Below, in pieces: positions 38,466-51,015 of a stretch of 64,000 nucleotides of DNA. Made by a program: the position numbers and the translations under genes. The stretch's first letter is position 1, and each line of letters starts with the position of its first letter. The notes beneath the pieces were generated by a model, which saw only the letters and a program-made list of their open reading frames with translations, was not told where the DNA came from and searched no databases. The stretch is taken from positions 51,276,001 to 51,340,000 of the forward strand of contig NC_086097.1 of the NCBI RefSeq assembly GCF_963921235.1. Direction: 5' to 3'. The DNA comes from Mobula hypostoma (Eukaryota).

Positions 38466-38814
38466 CTATTTTAACGGTATGATGAGGCGGTTAGCTATTG
38501 CTTAATGTGATCCTTCTGTAATTCAGCATCTTCAGTAATCCGGCACTTCTCAGGTCCCAATGGTGCCGGATTAGTGAAGGTCGACCTGTAGTATATTTCG
38601 TAAGTGAGAGATTGTACTGCTCTGTGACGTGAAGGGATCTAGTTACCCTAGCATACCATGCACAAAGTCTGGCATGCAGACACAGAAAGTAACTGTGAGA
38701 GATAGCAGAATATTATTGTTTATTGCAGCAGAGTTGAATAATTACACTTCAGTTACACAGGGCACTAGTAATACAGGGGATTGGTATCTTTGTTTAAGAA
38801 AGGTTATTTTTGTT

Positions 38815-38904
38815 TTGGAAGCAATTTAGATAAGGCTTAATTGGAATGGGCAGATTTTATGACTTGGAAGCAATTTTGATAAGGCTTAATTGGAATGGAC
38901 AGAT
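38815..38904 (+). repeat. Tandem duplication of about 47 bp within an old CR1 fragment
   Basis: ttggaagcaattt.gataaggcttaattggaatgg.cagatt occurs twice. Confidence 0.85.
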
Positions 38905-38964
38905 TGTCTTTTGAAGGAAGATTGACTAAACTAGGTTTTATCTGCTGGAGTTTAAATAGATTCA

Positions 38965-39215
38965 CAATCTCACACAGCATGGAAACAGGTCTTTTGGCCA
39001 GTTTGTCTCTGCCAAACAAGATGATTAAATTAATTATCTAATCTAATTTGATCTGCCTACATTTGGCTTGTGTCCCTCAACACCTTCCCCATCTAAGTAC
39101 CTGTCCAAACACCTTTTAAGCATTGTAATTGTACCTGCCTCTCCCACCCTCTCTATCAGTTTGTTCCATATACCCACCACTCTGTGTGGTAAAACTTGCC
39201 CATCAAATCCCTCTT
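38965..39215 (-). mobile_element. CR1 3' end
   Basis: Minus-strand gtggtgggtatatggaac...gtggg agaggcaggtacaattaca...ggacaggtac CR1 3' region. Confidence 0.7.
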
Positions 39216-39228
39216 CACAAATTTCTTT

Positions 39229-40226
39229 CTTTCTTTCTTTTTAAATCTTTTTATTGAGTAAGTATACAAAAAAGGTAAGCCATATAAACATTAATACAAT
39301 GTTAAAGTATAATAAAATTCCAAAAGGTAACAATACCAAAAAGAAAATACTACAAACAATGTAATTTAAGCATAAGAAACCAAGATAACATAATAGTATA
39401 CTAGATTTTATATATATCAATGGAAAAAAAGAAAAAAAAACCCCCAAAAAAAAAAAAAAAAAACCCACCGTGCAACTAACTAAAAGCAAAGCAAAGCAAT
39501 GGGCTAACTTGAAACCAAACAGAGTTAAACTTAAAATCACGTCCTCAATCCCGACCTCCATTAAAACAGTGAAAAAAAACAAGAAGGGTAAATATTACAT
39601 TAAATGAAAATATCGAATAAAAGGTCCCCAAATCTGTTCAAATTTAAATGAAGAATCATAAAGGTTACTTCTAATTTTCTCCAGATTCAAACATAAAATC
39701 GTCTGAGAAAACCAAAAAAAGGTAGTTGGAGCATTAAGCTCTTTCCAATGTTGTAAAATACATCTTTTCGCCATTAAAGTAAGAAATGCAATCATTCTAC
39801 GGGCTGAAGGGGAAAGATTACTAGAAATTTTAGGTAGTCCAAAGATAGCAGTAATAGGGTGAGGAGAGATATCTATATTTAATACCTTAGAAATAATATT
39901 GAAAATATCTCTCCAAAAAGTTTCCAAAGTAGGGCAAGACCAAAACATATGAGTTAAAGAGGCTATCTGCCCCGAACATCTATCACAGAAAGGATTAATA
40001 TGCGAGTAAAAACGCGCTAACTTATCTTTGGACATATGTGCTCTATGCACCACTTTAAATTGAATTAGGGAATGTTTAGCACAAATAGAGGAAGTATTAA
40101 CTAATTGTAAAATCTGCCCCCAATCATCCACAGAAATGGTAAGCCCCAATTCCTGTTCCCAATCTACCCTAATCTTATCAAATGGAGCTTTCCTGAGTTT
40201 CATAATAATATTATAAATCATAGCCG
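39229..40226 (-). mobile_element. Young 5'-truncated L1-clade LINE
   Basis: Uninterrupted ORF2 C-terminus with CCHC knuckle (FCDRCSGQIASLTHMFWSCPTLETFW), stop at 39595, T-rich 3' UTR, AATAAA and (AAAG)n tail; 12-bp TSD acaaatttcttt at 39217-39228 and 40227-40238. Confidence 0.9.
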
Positions 40227-40640
40227 ACAAATTTCTTTGAGGTAATGTGGATCCTTTGATTCCATATAATAAATAACTGAAATTCTCAAGCTCAGCAGCA
40301 TTTAAACCTTCAAATACACACAGAATCAAGTAACTAACAGCAGCAGTTACAGTTCCACTCTCTCCAAGCTTGAAATGGCACTTAAGCAGCAATTCCTTTA
40401 ATCACTCTGCATCAGAAGAGCTATTTATAATGAAGGAATCATCCGTGTTAATCAGAGACCCAGTGTTAGCAGAATGTGATCATGTCATGGTGCAGGTTGT
40501 GTATCTTTTTCAAACAAACCAAGCGTTGATCCTATAACACCCATTTCAGAAAAAAAATTACAATGTGTTGTTAATTTATGTTTCCAAATAAAATATACTT
40601 GCTTGCACTCAGATTAGGTGCTTAGGTGCTGTAAGTAACT

Positions 40641-42088
40641 AAGAAAGGAAAGGCAGCAGGTCCTGATGAATTAGTAATAGAACAAATTATCACCCTTGAA
40701 GATTATGGAATCGAAAAACTTACTGATTTAATCAATGACATTTATGAGACTGGAATAATACCAGAAGAGATGAAAAAAAAAATCAGTATTTATCACTCTT
40801 TCTGAGAAACCTGGAGCAATAGAATGTGAATTACACAGGACCATAAATTTAATGAGTCATATCACCAAGATACTTCCAAGAATTTTGACGACAAGAGCTA
40901 ACAGTAACATACAAGCTGAAATAGGTAAAGAACAATGTGGTTTTGTGAAAGACAAAGGTACAAGAAACGCAATATTGATGTTAAGGATACTATCAGAATG
41001 AGCTATTCAAGTGCAAGAAGATTGTTTGTTTTATCGACTACACAAAAGCATTTGATGAAGTGAAACACAATAAGTTATTTGAAATATTACAGGAAACTCT
41101 AGATCTAGATTCAAAAGATCTCCGCCTAATCAGAAATTTGTACTGGGAACAAACTGTCGCTGTAAGAATAGATGGAGAAGTGAGTCAATTTATGAAAATC
41201 AAGAGAGGTGTTAAACAAGGGTGTGTTTTCTCCCCTGATTTATTTAATGTGTACAGTGAAACAGTATTACAAAAAATAAGAGACATCTTGGGAATCAAAG
41301 TTGACGGTGAAAACATCAATACTTTCAGATATGCAGATGACACTGTGTTAATTGTGAGTATGGAGGAAGAACTACAAAACTTAATTGATATAATTGTTGA
41401 AGAAAGTGCAAAAATGGGTCTATCAATTACAAAAAGACAGACTGTATGGTGATATCCAAAAAGGAGAATCCTATCTGCAGGCTGAGAATAAATGGGGAAG
41501 ACATAAAACAAGTACAGAACTTTTGCTACTTAGGAAGCTGGGTGACATCAGATGGCAGGTGCGACATGGACATCAGAAGAAGAATGGGGATGGCAAAAGA
41601 CACCTTTACAAGAATGAAGAGTATACTGACTAATACTAAACTAGGCATGACAACCCGCCTCAGGGTACTAAAATGTTACATTTATCCAGTTATGTTATCT
41701 GGCTCAGAATGTTCGACAATATCTAGTAACATGAGGAAAAAGAGTTGAAGCAGCAGGGATGTGGTTTTTGAGGAGGATGCAAAGAATATCATGGACGAAA
41801 CGAATATCTAAGGAGGATGTCATGAACAGAGCAAACACAAAAAGAGAAATAATGTATGAGATCATGAAAAGGCAACGTAACTTCATTGGACATGTGATTA
41901 GGAAAGAGGAGTTAGAATGCACGGTTATTATGGGAAGAAAGCAAGATGAAGACAAAGACAAATGATGATGGAGACAGCAACCAGAGAACTGAAAATGAAT
42001 ACCAATGAATTGATCCACCTGACCGGAAACAGGAGTGTGTGGGCCATGGCAGTCAAAGCTCAAACTGGGCACGGCACCTGATGATGAA
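40641..42088 (+). mobile_element. RTE-clade LINE, RT region to 3' end (frameshifted)
   Basis: GKAAGPDEL, CELHRTINLMSHITKIL, EQCGF, FIDYTKAFD, GVKQGCVFSP, FRYADD, F.YLGS and MWFLRRMQRISW motifs; (GAT)n tail. Confidence 0.88.
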
Positions 42089-42272
42089 TGTATTCTGTTT
42101 TGATCTTCCCAATATCCGACCTTGTGGAAGGTCTAACTGCAAATGCTGCACTTTGTCGAATAGATGATTTCATTCTGACAACACTGCATATGAAAATCTG
42201 TAAGCTTGAAACAGAGTGCACGTGTTGAAGATGTTTTGATGTAGTTTTCTTGTCATCTTTTTGTCCACTTAC

Positions 42273-42366
42273 CTAGTTCTTGATAACTGTCATCCCCTGA
42301 GAAATTCCCTTCAATGGTAGTCGACAAGATAAAGATCAATGCCTCTTTAAATTGTTCAAAATGCAC
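42273..42366 (-). CDS. NIN: NIN coding exon, 94 nt
   Basis: Acceptor tttttcag|GTG; reads VHFEQFKEALIFILSTTIEGNFSGDDSYQEL plus 1 nt; donor TAG|GTAAGT; phase 0 to 1. Confidence 0.93.
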
Positions 42367-42849
42367 CTGAAAAACAGGATCGAAACAAAAAAGGTGTTAA
42401 ATTGATAATTTAAAAACAATTGCATATTAAAATATGGACCGAGAATGGCACAAAATGATGGGATGCATAAAGGCCATCTCCACCTCCTCTTTCCTCACTG
42501 TTCAAGTTTCCCATGCAATTACATCCCCCAAAATGAAGTCCACAGTTTGTAATTTGGTGGCATGTTCCTTTGGAGAGACAGGTGAAAATCACAGGAAAAG
42601 GAGCTGGTCACCATTGGCAAGATGAAAACAATAATTGCACACTTTTAAAACTTAATTTTTAAAAGGCGGAAATAATTTTGACAAGCATCTTACTGTAAAT
42701 GTTCTACAACTTGAATTTTCTGTCTAATAGAGCTTCTGTTGGCGGTTTTAAGCGATTTCATAAGGACGAAAGGCTAATAAGTGCCAACCAGTTTAGAATA
42801 ATTTCAGACAAGTCATTTCGAAATTAAAATTATTTTTTATGCACAAGTG

Positions 42850-43400
42850 AGCAGTTGTGGGTCTCATTTCAAAGGATGTGCTGGCATTGGAGGGGGAGCA
42901 AATGGAGATTTTTGAGAATTATCCTGGGAATAAAAGAATTAACATGAGCTTTATTTGTTGGCCCTGTGCCTGTTCTTGCTGGAATTTAGAAGAATGAGGG
43001 AGCATCCCATTGAAACCTACTGATTATTGAAAGGCCTGGATAAATGGAGTGGATGTGGAAAGGAGTTTCCAATTGCAGGAAAGTCTAGTATAATTAAAGA
43101 GGGTACAGCCTCAGAATAGAAAGACGATACTTTAGAACCGAGATGAGGAGGACTTTCTTCTGCTAGGAAGTGGTGACGCTGTGGAATTCATTGCCACAGA
43201 TGACCGTGGAAGCCAAGGCATTGGGCATATTTAAAGTGGAGGTTGATAGGTTCTTGATTAGTAAGGGTGTCCACAGGTTATAGGGAGAAGTCAGGAGAAT
43301 GGGGTTGAGAGGGATAATACATATGTCATGATCAAATGGCAGAAGAGATGTTCTGGGCCAAATGACTCAATTCTGCTTCTATGTCTTAATGCCTTATTAT
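42850..43400 (+). mobile_element. CR1 3' fragment
   Basis: aaggatgtgctggcattggag...ctggaatttagaagaatgaggg...gtggaattcattgccacaga motifs and CR1 tail. Confidence 0.8.
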
Positions 43401-44509
43401 GGAAGTTGTTTGTTAATATTACCGTTAAAACATCACTGCTTGCAGTTTCTTAACCATTAGGTTATGAAATAGCAAGTGCACAATCAGTAGTTTCTTTTTG
43501 AGCCATGAAGTATTTAGTTCAGTGAACACTGGCTTTTGAGAAGCCAATTTCTAAGAACTATGCTGATAACTTTCATAACAACAGCTTAGGTAGCTTATGC
43601 AATTTATTTTTGTGCAGTGTTGTTATGACACTAACGCTTGAAAAGATCACAATGCAGCATTCAATACTGACCAACAGAAATCTACATAATTAAATAAGGA
43701 ATCTAGAAAGCTAAAAGAGGCAAAAAGCACAGCAGATGGTGATATCTCGAGCAAAAACACCAGATACTAGAGAACTCACTGGGTCAATATCCTACTGACC
43801 AGTGGAGTTTGTCCAGAAGTTTGATTTCTGTTCTGTGAAAGCTAAAGGCTGCAATAAATACATCATTCCTTTCAGGATAAGGTATGTTGTTAAAGACAGT
43901 GATTGTTCTCAAGTCAGAATATTCTTTTATTCCTTAAAATTCCACTCAAGCACTTTAAGTACAGTACAATAAATTAAATTCAAGACATGCTCTAAAAGAG
44001 TTCTAAATTGAATTCCAAAATAATGTGAACAGTGAAATTAATATTTTGTATAACATTCAGTGGAAATTAGAAAAATTATTATTCAGATGTCATTTAATAC
44101 AGACTATAAAGACAAATTTTAATTGTATTTCATTTACAACAGTTTGCTCTGAATGTGTTTAGTGCATAATAGAAAACTGAAGTCAATATTCTGCTTGACA
44201 ATGATTCCTTAGCAATTCCAATACCAATTTAAAATGAGTACCTCTCCATCACATCATTGGCCTGAAATCCTAGAAAGTTTATCCTTGAAGTTGCAGCTGA
44301 CTACTGTGCAGAACAAGTTGTTCAAATATGTTAATAAAGTGAAAGTGGACTTTATTGTCTTAAAAGTAAAATGCAAATTACCCTGGCACACAGCATCATT
44401 TTTTAATGTTGCAGACAGTTTGATTTATTTCAGCAACTTGGATCAAAGATTGATTTTGCCACAAGAATTAAAATAGATTTAGAATGAGGTTTATTATTAC
44501 TGAATTGAG

Positions 44510-45870
44510 TGATCTGAGAGAATCAGGGACAGAAGCAAGTGTAGTGACTGTGACCAAAGAGAAAGTGCTTGGGTAGCTGAAAGATCTGCAGGTAGATAAG
44601 TTGACTGAACCAGTAGGATAACATCCCAGGGTTCTGAAAGAGATAGCTGAAGATATTGGGGAGGTATTGGTAGTGACCTTTCACTAATCACTAGATTCTG
44701 GAATGGTTCTGGAAGACTCGAAAATTCACAAATTACACTCCACTCCAAGAAGAGAGGGAGGCAAAAAACATAGGAAATTATAGGCCAGTTAGTCTGACTT
44801 CAGTAGGTGGCCAGATGCTGAAGTCCATTATCAAGGATGAAATTTCAGGGTACTTGGAGGCCTGTGATAAAAATAGGCTCAAGTCGTCATCATTTCCTTA
44901 AGGGGAAATCTTACCTGTCAAATCTATTAGAATTCTTTGAGGAAGTAACAGGCAGGATAAAGAAAGGAAAGTCAATGGATGTTGCTTACTTGGATCTTCA
45001 GAAGACCTTTGACAAGGATTTACACACAAGTGTGCGGATGATACAAATATAGGTGAAGGGATGGGTGGTATTTAGGAAGCAGGGAGTCTCCTTGGTTTAG
45101 GAAAATGGGCAAAGAAATTGCAGATGGAATACAATGTAGGGAAGTGTATGGTCATGCACTTTGGTAGAAGGAAAACGGTGTAGACTTATTTCTAACTGGG
45201 GAGCGAATTCAGAAATTAGATGTGCAAAAGAACTTGTACGTCCTACTGCAGGATTCCTTTAACTTGCAGGTTGAGTTGGTAGTAAGGAAGGCAAATGCAG
45301 TGTTAGCATTCATTTTGAGGGGATTAGTCATCATGCAATGCTGGGGCTTTACAAGGCATTGGTCAGATCACATTTGGAGTATTTTGAGCAGTTTTGGACC
45401 CCAAATCTAAAGATGGATTTGTTGGCATTGGAGAGGGTCCAAAGATGATTTATGAGAATGATCCCAACAAAGAAAGGGTAAATGTACAAGGAGTGTTTAA
45501 AGGCTCTAGGCTTGTACTTGCTGGACTTCAGAGGAATGGGGAGGGGAACTCACTGAAAACTACTGTACACTGAAATGTTGGATTGAGTGGAAGTGGAGAG
45601 GATGTTACTGATAGTGAGAAGAGTCTAGGAACGCAGGGCATAGCCTCAGAATAGAGGGACGTCCCTTTAGGCCAGAGGATGGTAAATCTGTGGAATTCAT
45701 CACCACAGACTGCTGTGCAGGCCAAGTCATTGGGTATACCTAAATTAAGGGTGACAGAGGTTATGGGGAAAAGGAAGGAGAATGAGCTTGAGGGGGAAAA
45801 TAAATCAGCCATGATCGAATGGTGGAGCAGATGCACTGGGGTGACTGCCCTTATTCTGTCTCTGTCTTCT
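44510..45870 (+). mobile_element. CR1 LINE ORF2 fragments with deletions
   Basis: [51 protein letters not shown] and VNLWNS motifs. Confidence 0.85.
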
Positions 45871-47857
45871 GGTGACACTTGTTGATAGCTGATACCTCTA
45901 CCAAGACCAAACACACTTATCTTCCCCCATTACAGTGGCAAAAATAAACTACTGTCACTCACTTACTTCTTTCAAATACAACACATGCAATGCATTAACA
46001 GAAATAACACAAACCTGACAAAGTGATGAATCAGTTGAAGTTTGTTAATAACTGCAACAAATTTGCATTGCTTAGAGGTACTATGTATACCATCCTATGA
46101 TAGCTTATGGCACTGGAAAACAACTGCTCCAGTAACCACATGAGAAAGTTCACCTCCAAGTGCAGTACTTAAATTAAAGTATATCATTAGATCTCTCCGT
46201 TATAAGAGTAGCACTCTTTTAAATTGCTACCTCATGGCAGACACAACATTACAGAACATATAATGAATACAACAATTCTAGGTTCCAGCATGTGTTCCAC
46301 AGAGTATTAGAACTTCCTTAATGCAGTTTAACAGTTCAGTTAATCATGGGCTAGGCTTTTAATCTAGGTTACGGACTGCTAACAAGGTCAATCAACAGAA
46401 CACAGCCCATGACAACAAATCACTGATCCAATCTTCTTTAGCGACAACAGCAGATGTTGCGTGACCACAGAAAAGAAAATTCTTGAGCAGTATGCCCTTC
46501 CCACTGAAAAGGAATACCTATTGTTGATCAAAATCAGCCCATCTCCCGGGCTTTGCAGTGCATAATTCTGTGTATTCACTGCATAATGTATTCATCCAGT
46601 GCCTGCTTGACCAAAATGTGGGCCTGCCCAGCAGCAAGAGCAGCTGCATGGTGACAGATGGCTCCTCCTTCAACCGGGAACAATTTCAGTAGCATTATTT
46701 CAAAATAAACCACACACACAGTAAAGGGTCTGGCTAAGGGGAATCATGCAGAATTAAAAAAAACATATCTTTTCACTTATTTACAGTTACTGGGTTTTGA
46801 ACACACCGCAGAGTACATTCAAATTCCATTGAAAATATCAAAAATATTTTTGGGAATTACTCATGTGTATAAACGTACTCAGCACATGGGATATGCCCAA
46901 GCATATCTGCTCCTGACCGCCAAGCGGCTGATTCCAACTCTAAAGCACAACAACGTGCAGGTCACTCAAAACATGATAGGCAATTCCACAGCCAAACAGA
47001 TTTAACAAAGGCTCGTATGTGCACAGCCAAGAGTGTATTGAAGTGTCAAACATGTGATTTTTATTTATGGTTAAATACTTTGTGACCTTATTAACCCGAT
47101 TATTAATGAGAATGTCTTAAATGTCAACTAGCAAGAGTTTATTTTAATCCTAGCATATTATTCCTGTATCTCATATGCTACTTCTGAGAGGAAAAAAAAG
47201 AGCAAGACAGCACTTTTGCCAGGGTTACAATCTGAACCCCATGAATAAAAGAACAGATTTGAGAAGCAGCTAAGCCTTCTTTTGAAGGCTATAACTTCCA
47301 CCTGGCTTTTTATTGCCTTTTTGTAATTCTTTTTCCCAGCGAGCCAGCTGTTAATGGGGGTTGGGATTTTATGGGAGCAGCTGTCCTCTCAGATATGCCA
47401 CAATTCTGCCAATGACATTGGAACACCTTGCAATCTGTAAAAATGATTCAGATACATATTATTGACTGCAACTAAAGCAGAAACCTTCAAAAGGTCATTT
47501 GCTAATCTGGCCTCATTCTGATTGAAGGGGACTATCTTCCTTGCACTTCATGTAAATATTTGCTTCAAAAACTTCTCCGCAAAATTTGTTGAAACTAATA
47601 TTTTGTTATTCATTTTTGAAATAGAATACATCAGAGAATCCAAATCTTCCATTTCAAAGTGTCTGAAAAGTAACAGCTCTGTATCTAGCACCAACAGAGC
47701 AAGTGCCGGTATGAACACCATATCTGAAGAATTCGTTGTGCAACCCGGATCTATTTGCAAAAGTAAAATCCTCGCAAGCACTGTCTCTGGGTACAAGTAT
47801 TAAGCAGTGAACTTGTGGCTGTCAGAAAAAAATCAGGAAAGAACACAACCAGGTCTT

Positions 47858-48651
47858 AGGAGGATGATGGCACCTAACGGTGACTCCTTTGCTTGTAACT
47901 TCAGAAACAGCTCTATTTCTATCTTTGATACCTCCTCTTTCCCCCCTTTCAAAGTTCCTTTGAAGACCCTGACCTGGAGTTACACACTAACTCGGTTCTT
48001 TGCGGAAATGGGACCCGCTCTCAGGGCCTCACAACTGGCCGCTTTTGGTATGCTAAGGATGCGGCCTGGAAAACTAGCGCACCTTCAGGGTGCTGGATTT
48101 TCGTGGCTCTGCAGGTGAGCGGATTCAAGGCTGGTGCCGCCACCTGATGCGTCGTGGGAGATGGAAGATCGTACACAGTGAGTTAGCTGCACGCCCAGAG
48201 ACCCAAGTTCTTTGGGCACAGAGCTTGGAAAAACTGACGCAACAGAATTTTAACACCATAAATCAACGAGTTGCTTTGATATGTCTCCCCTCTCGATGTG
48301 AAACAGGGACACCTCCCACCCCTGTTAGGGAGAGAGTGCCTGTGGCATGTTGAATTACTGGGTGAACGAGTAGTCTTTAGGGTACTACAAGTCTGTGTCT
48401 TTACTGATGCTTTGCTGCATGATTGAGTGCTCAGTGGGGGGTGCTGATGCTTTTTTTGCTGGTGGGATGGTCGCTGCTATGATGCTGCTTATGTGTGGGA
48501 GGGGGGAAATGGGGGGGGTCTTTGGTATTCTAACATTTAACTGCCATTCATTCTTTGGGGCACTTCTCTGTTTTTGTGGATGTTTGTGAAGAAAAAGAAT
48601 TTCAAGATGTACATTGTGTACATTTCCCTGACATTAAATGTACCTATTGAA
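47858..48651 (+). mobile_element. Family B non-coding repeat, probably a non-autonomous non-LTR element (near full length)
   Basis: Starts aggaggatGATGGC and ends ctgacattaaatgtacctattgaa; its 3' third matches 38168-38465. Confidence 0.7.
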
Positions 48652-48807
48652 GTCAGAAGAGCCATCTGGATATCAGTAGGCTAACCTCTTCACTTCCCTT
48701 TCTCCCTATCCCTCAAGTATATTTTATGTGAGGGGTAAGGAAAATGTAATATTTTTACTATTTTAAAATTATTAATCTGATGAATAACACCGGTTTCCAT
48801 TAAATAT

Positions 48808-51015
48808 TTAGACCATAAAACATAGGAGCAGATTTAGGTCATTTGGCCCATCGAGTCTGCTCTGACATTTCATTCTGGCAGATCCATTTCCCTCTCGTGC
48901 CCTCTCCCCATAACCTTTCATGCCCTGACTAATCATGAGCCTATCACCCTCCACCTTAAACACACCCAGTCACTTGGCCTCCACAGCCACCAGTGATAAT
49001 GAATTCCAGGGATTTGGCACCCACTGGCTAAAGAAATTCCTCATCTCCATTTTAAATGGATATTCCTCTAATCTGATGCTGGGTCCTCTGGTCCTTGACT
49101 CCCCACCAAAGGGAACATGTTCTCAACATCTACTCTATCTAGGCTTTTCAACATTTAATAGGTTTCAATGATATCCCTCTCATTCTCCTAAATTCCAGCA
49201 AGTAAAGGCCCAAAGTAATCAATTGCTCCTCATATGACAAGCCCTTCATTCTCAGAATCATTCTCGTGAACCTCCTCTGAAACCTCTCTCCAATGTCAGT
49301 ATGTGCTTTCTCAGATAAGGGCCTAAAACTGCTCACAGTATTCCAAGTGAGATCTTACCAGAGCCTTATAAAGCCTCTGCACTAATTCCTTGTTCTTATA
49401 ATCTAGTCCTCTTGGAATGAATGCTAACATTGCATTTGCCTTCCTCACCACAGACTGAACCTGTAAATTAACTTTTAGGGAATTCTGCACAAGGACTCCT
49501 AAGTCCCTTTGCACCTTGGATTTTGAATTTTCTATGTTTAGAAAATAATCTCTACTTTTATTTCTTCTACCAAAGTGCATGACCATACATTTCCCAACTT
49601 TGAATTCCACCTGCCACTTTTTTGCCCATTCCCCTAATCTGTATAAGTCCTTCTACACACTACCTGCCCCTCCATCTACCTTCGTATTGTCTACAAACTG
49701 CCACAAAGTCATCAATTTCATCGTCCGAATCATTGACATTCAACATAAAAAGAAGCTGTCCCAACAGGGACCCCGATAGAATACCACTACTCACCCATAG
49801 CCAACCAGAAAATGATCCCTTTGTTCCCACTCTTTGCCTCTTGCCAATTAGCCAATGCTCTATAGATGCTAGCATCTTTCCTGTAATACCATAGGCTCTC
49901 ATCTTGTTAAACAGCCTCATATGCGGCACCTTGTCAAAGCCTTCTGAAAATCCAAGTACACAACATCCACTAATTCTCTTTTGTTATTTCCTGCTTAATA
50001 TTTCCTCAAAAAATTCCAATAGATTGGTCAGGCAAGATTTTCCCATTAAGGAAACCATCCTGACTATGGCCCATTTCATCTTCTGCCTCCAAGTACCTGG
50101 AAACCACATCCTTCACAATCAACTCCAACATCATTCCAACCACTGAGGTCAGGCTAACTGGCCTAGAATTTCCTTTATTCTGCCTCTCTCCCTTCTTGAA
50201 GAGTGGAGTGACATTTGGAATTTTCCAGTCCTCCTGAACCACGCTGGAACCTATTGATTCTTGAAAGATTATTATTAATGCCTCCATAATCACTTCAGGT
50301 ACCTCTTTCAAAACCCTGGGGTGCAGTCAATCTGGTCCAAGTGACTTAATTACTTTCAGACCTTTCAGTTTCCCCAAGCACCTTCTCACTAGTAATAGAA
50401 ACTGCACTCCTGTCCCACTGAAACGCTTGAACTTCCAGAATATTAAGAGTAGTTCCCATGGTAAAGACTAATGCAAAATACCATTCAGTCCATCCGCCAT
50501 TTCCTTGTTCTGCATTACAACCTCTCTAGCATCACTTTACAGCATCCAATATCTACTCTCCCCTCTCTTTTATTCATCTGAAAAAAATGTTTGGTACCAT
50601 CTTTGATATTGTCTATCTTACCTTCATATTTCATCTTTCCCCCGTTATGGCTTTTCCTTATGGATTTGTTAGTTGCCTCTGCTTCCCAATCCTCTAACTT
50701 CCCATTAATTTTTGCTCTATAATATGCCCTCTCTTTTGCTTTGCTGCTGGCTTTGATTTCCCTTGTCAGCCATGTCTTTGCCCATTCAATCATCCTACAT
50801 TAAAATACTATTTCTTCTTTGGGATGCATCTATCCTGCACCTTCCGAAATGCTCTCAGAAACTCCAGCCATTGCTGCTCTGCTGTCATTCCTGATGATGC
50901 CCCTTCCAATCAACTTTGGTCAACTCCTCTCTCATACCTCTAATTCCCCTTACTCCACTGTAATACTGATATATCCAGCTTTAGCTTCTCCCTCTCAAAT
51001 TGCAGGGTGAATTAC
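48808..51015 (-). mobile_element. CR1 LINE ORF2, long degenerate fragment
   Basis: EDWKIPNVTPLFKKG.R...[40 protein letters not shown] and LGLYLLEFRRMRG motifs; 3' tail near 48810. Confidence 0.9.

Larger units (their letters stand above)
37696..38588. mobile_element. Tigger/pogo-like MITE carrying an rDNA-retroelement chimera
   Basis: TA|CAGATCAACCTTCACTAATC ... GATTAGTGAAGGTCGACCTG|TA (18 of 20 bp inverted match); TA target duplication. Confidence 0.85.

Noticed and set aside
39595..40392. 265-aa ORF as a host gene
   Set aside because: Only the part up to 40226 is L1 ORF2. The first ~55 codons run through the TSD into flanking DNA that happens to be open.
41060..41965. Active reverse transcriptase
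   Set aside because: It is split over several frames with stops, lacks the endonuclease and is 5'-truncated.
43723..43835. Small hairpin as a miRNA precursor
   Set aside because: It is better explained as a degenerate inverted pair of Penelope-like termini, like 21143-21320.
47522..47803. Overlapping ORFs on both strands as an extra exon
   Set aside because: No recognisable protein similarity or convincing splice pair, and the NIN frame is complete without it.
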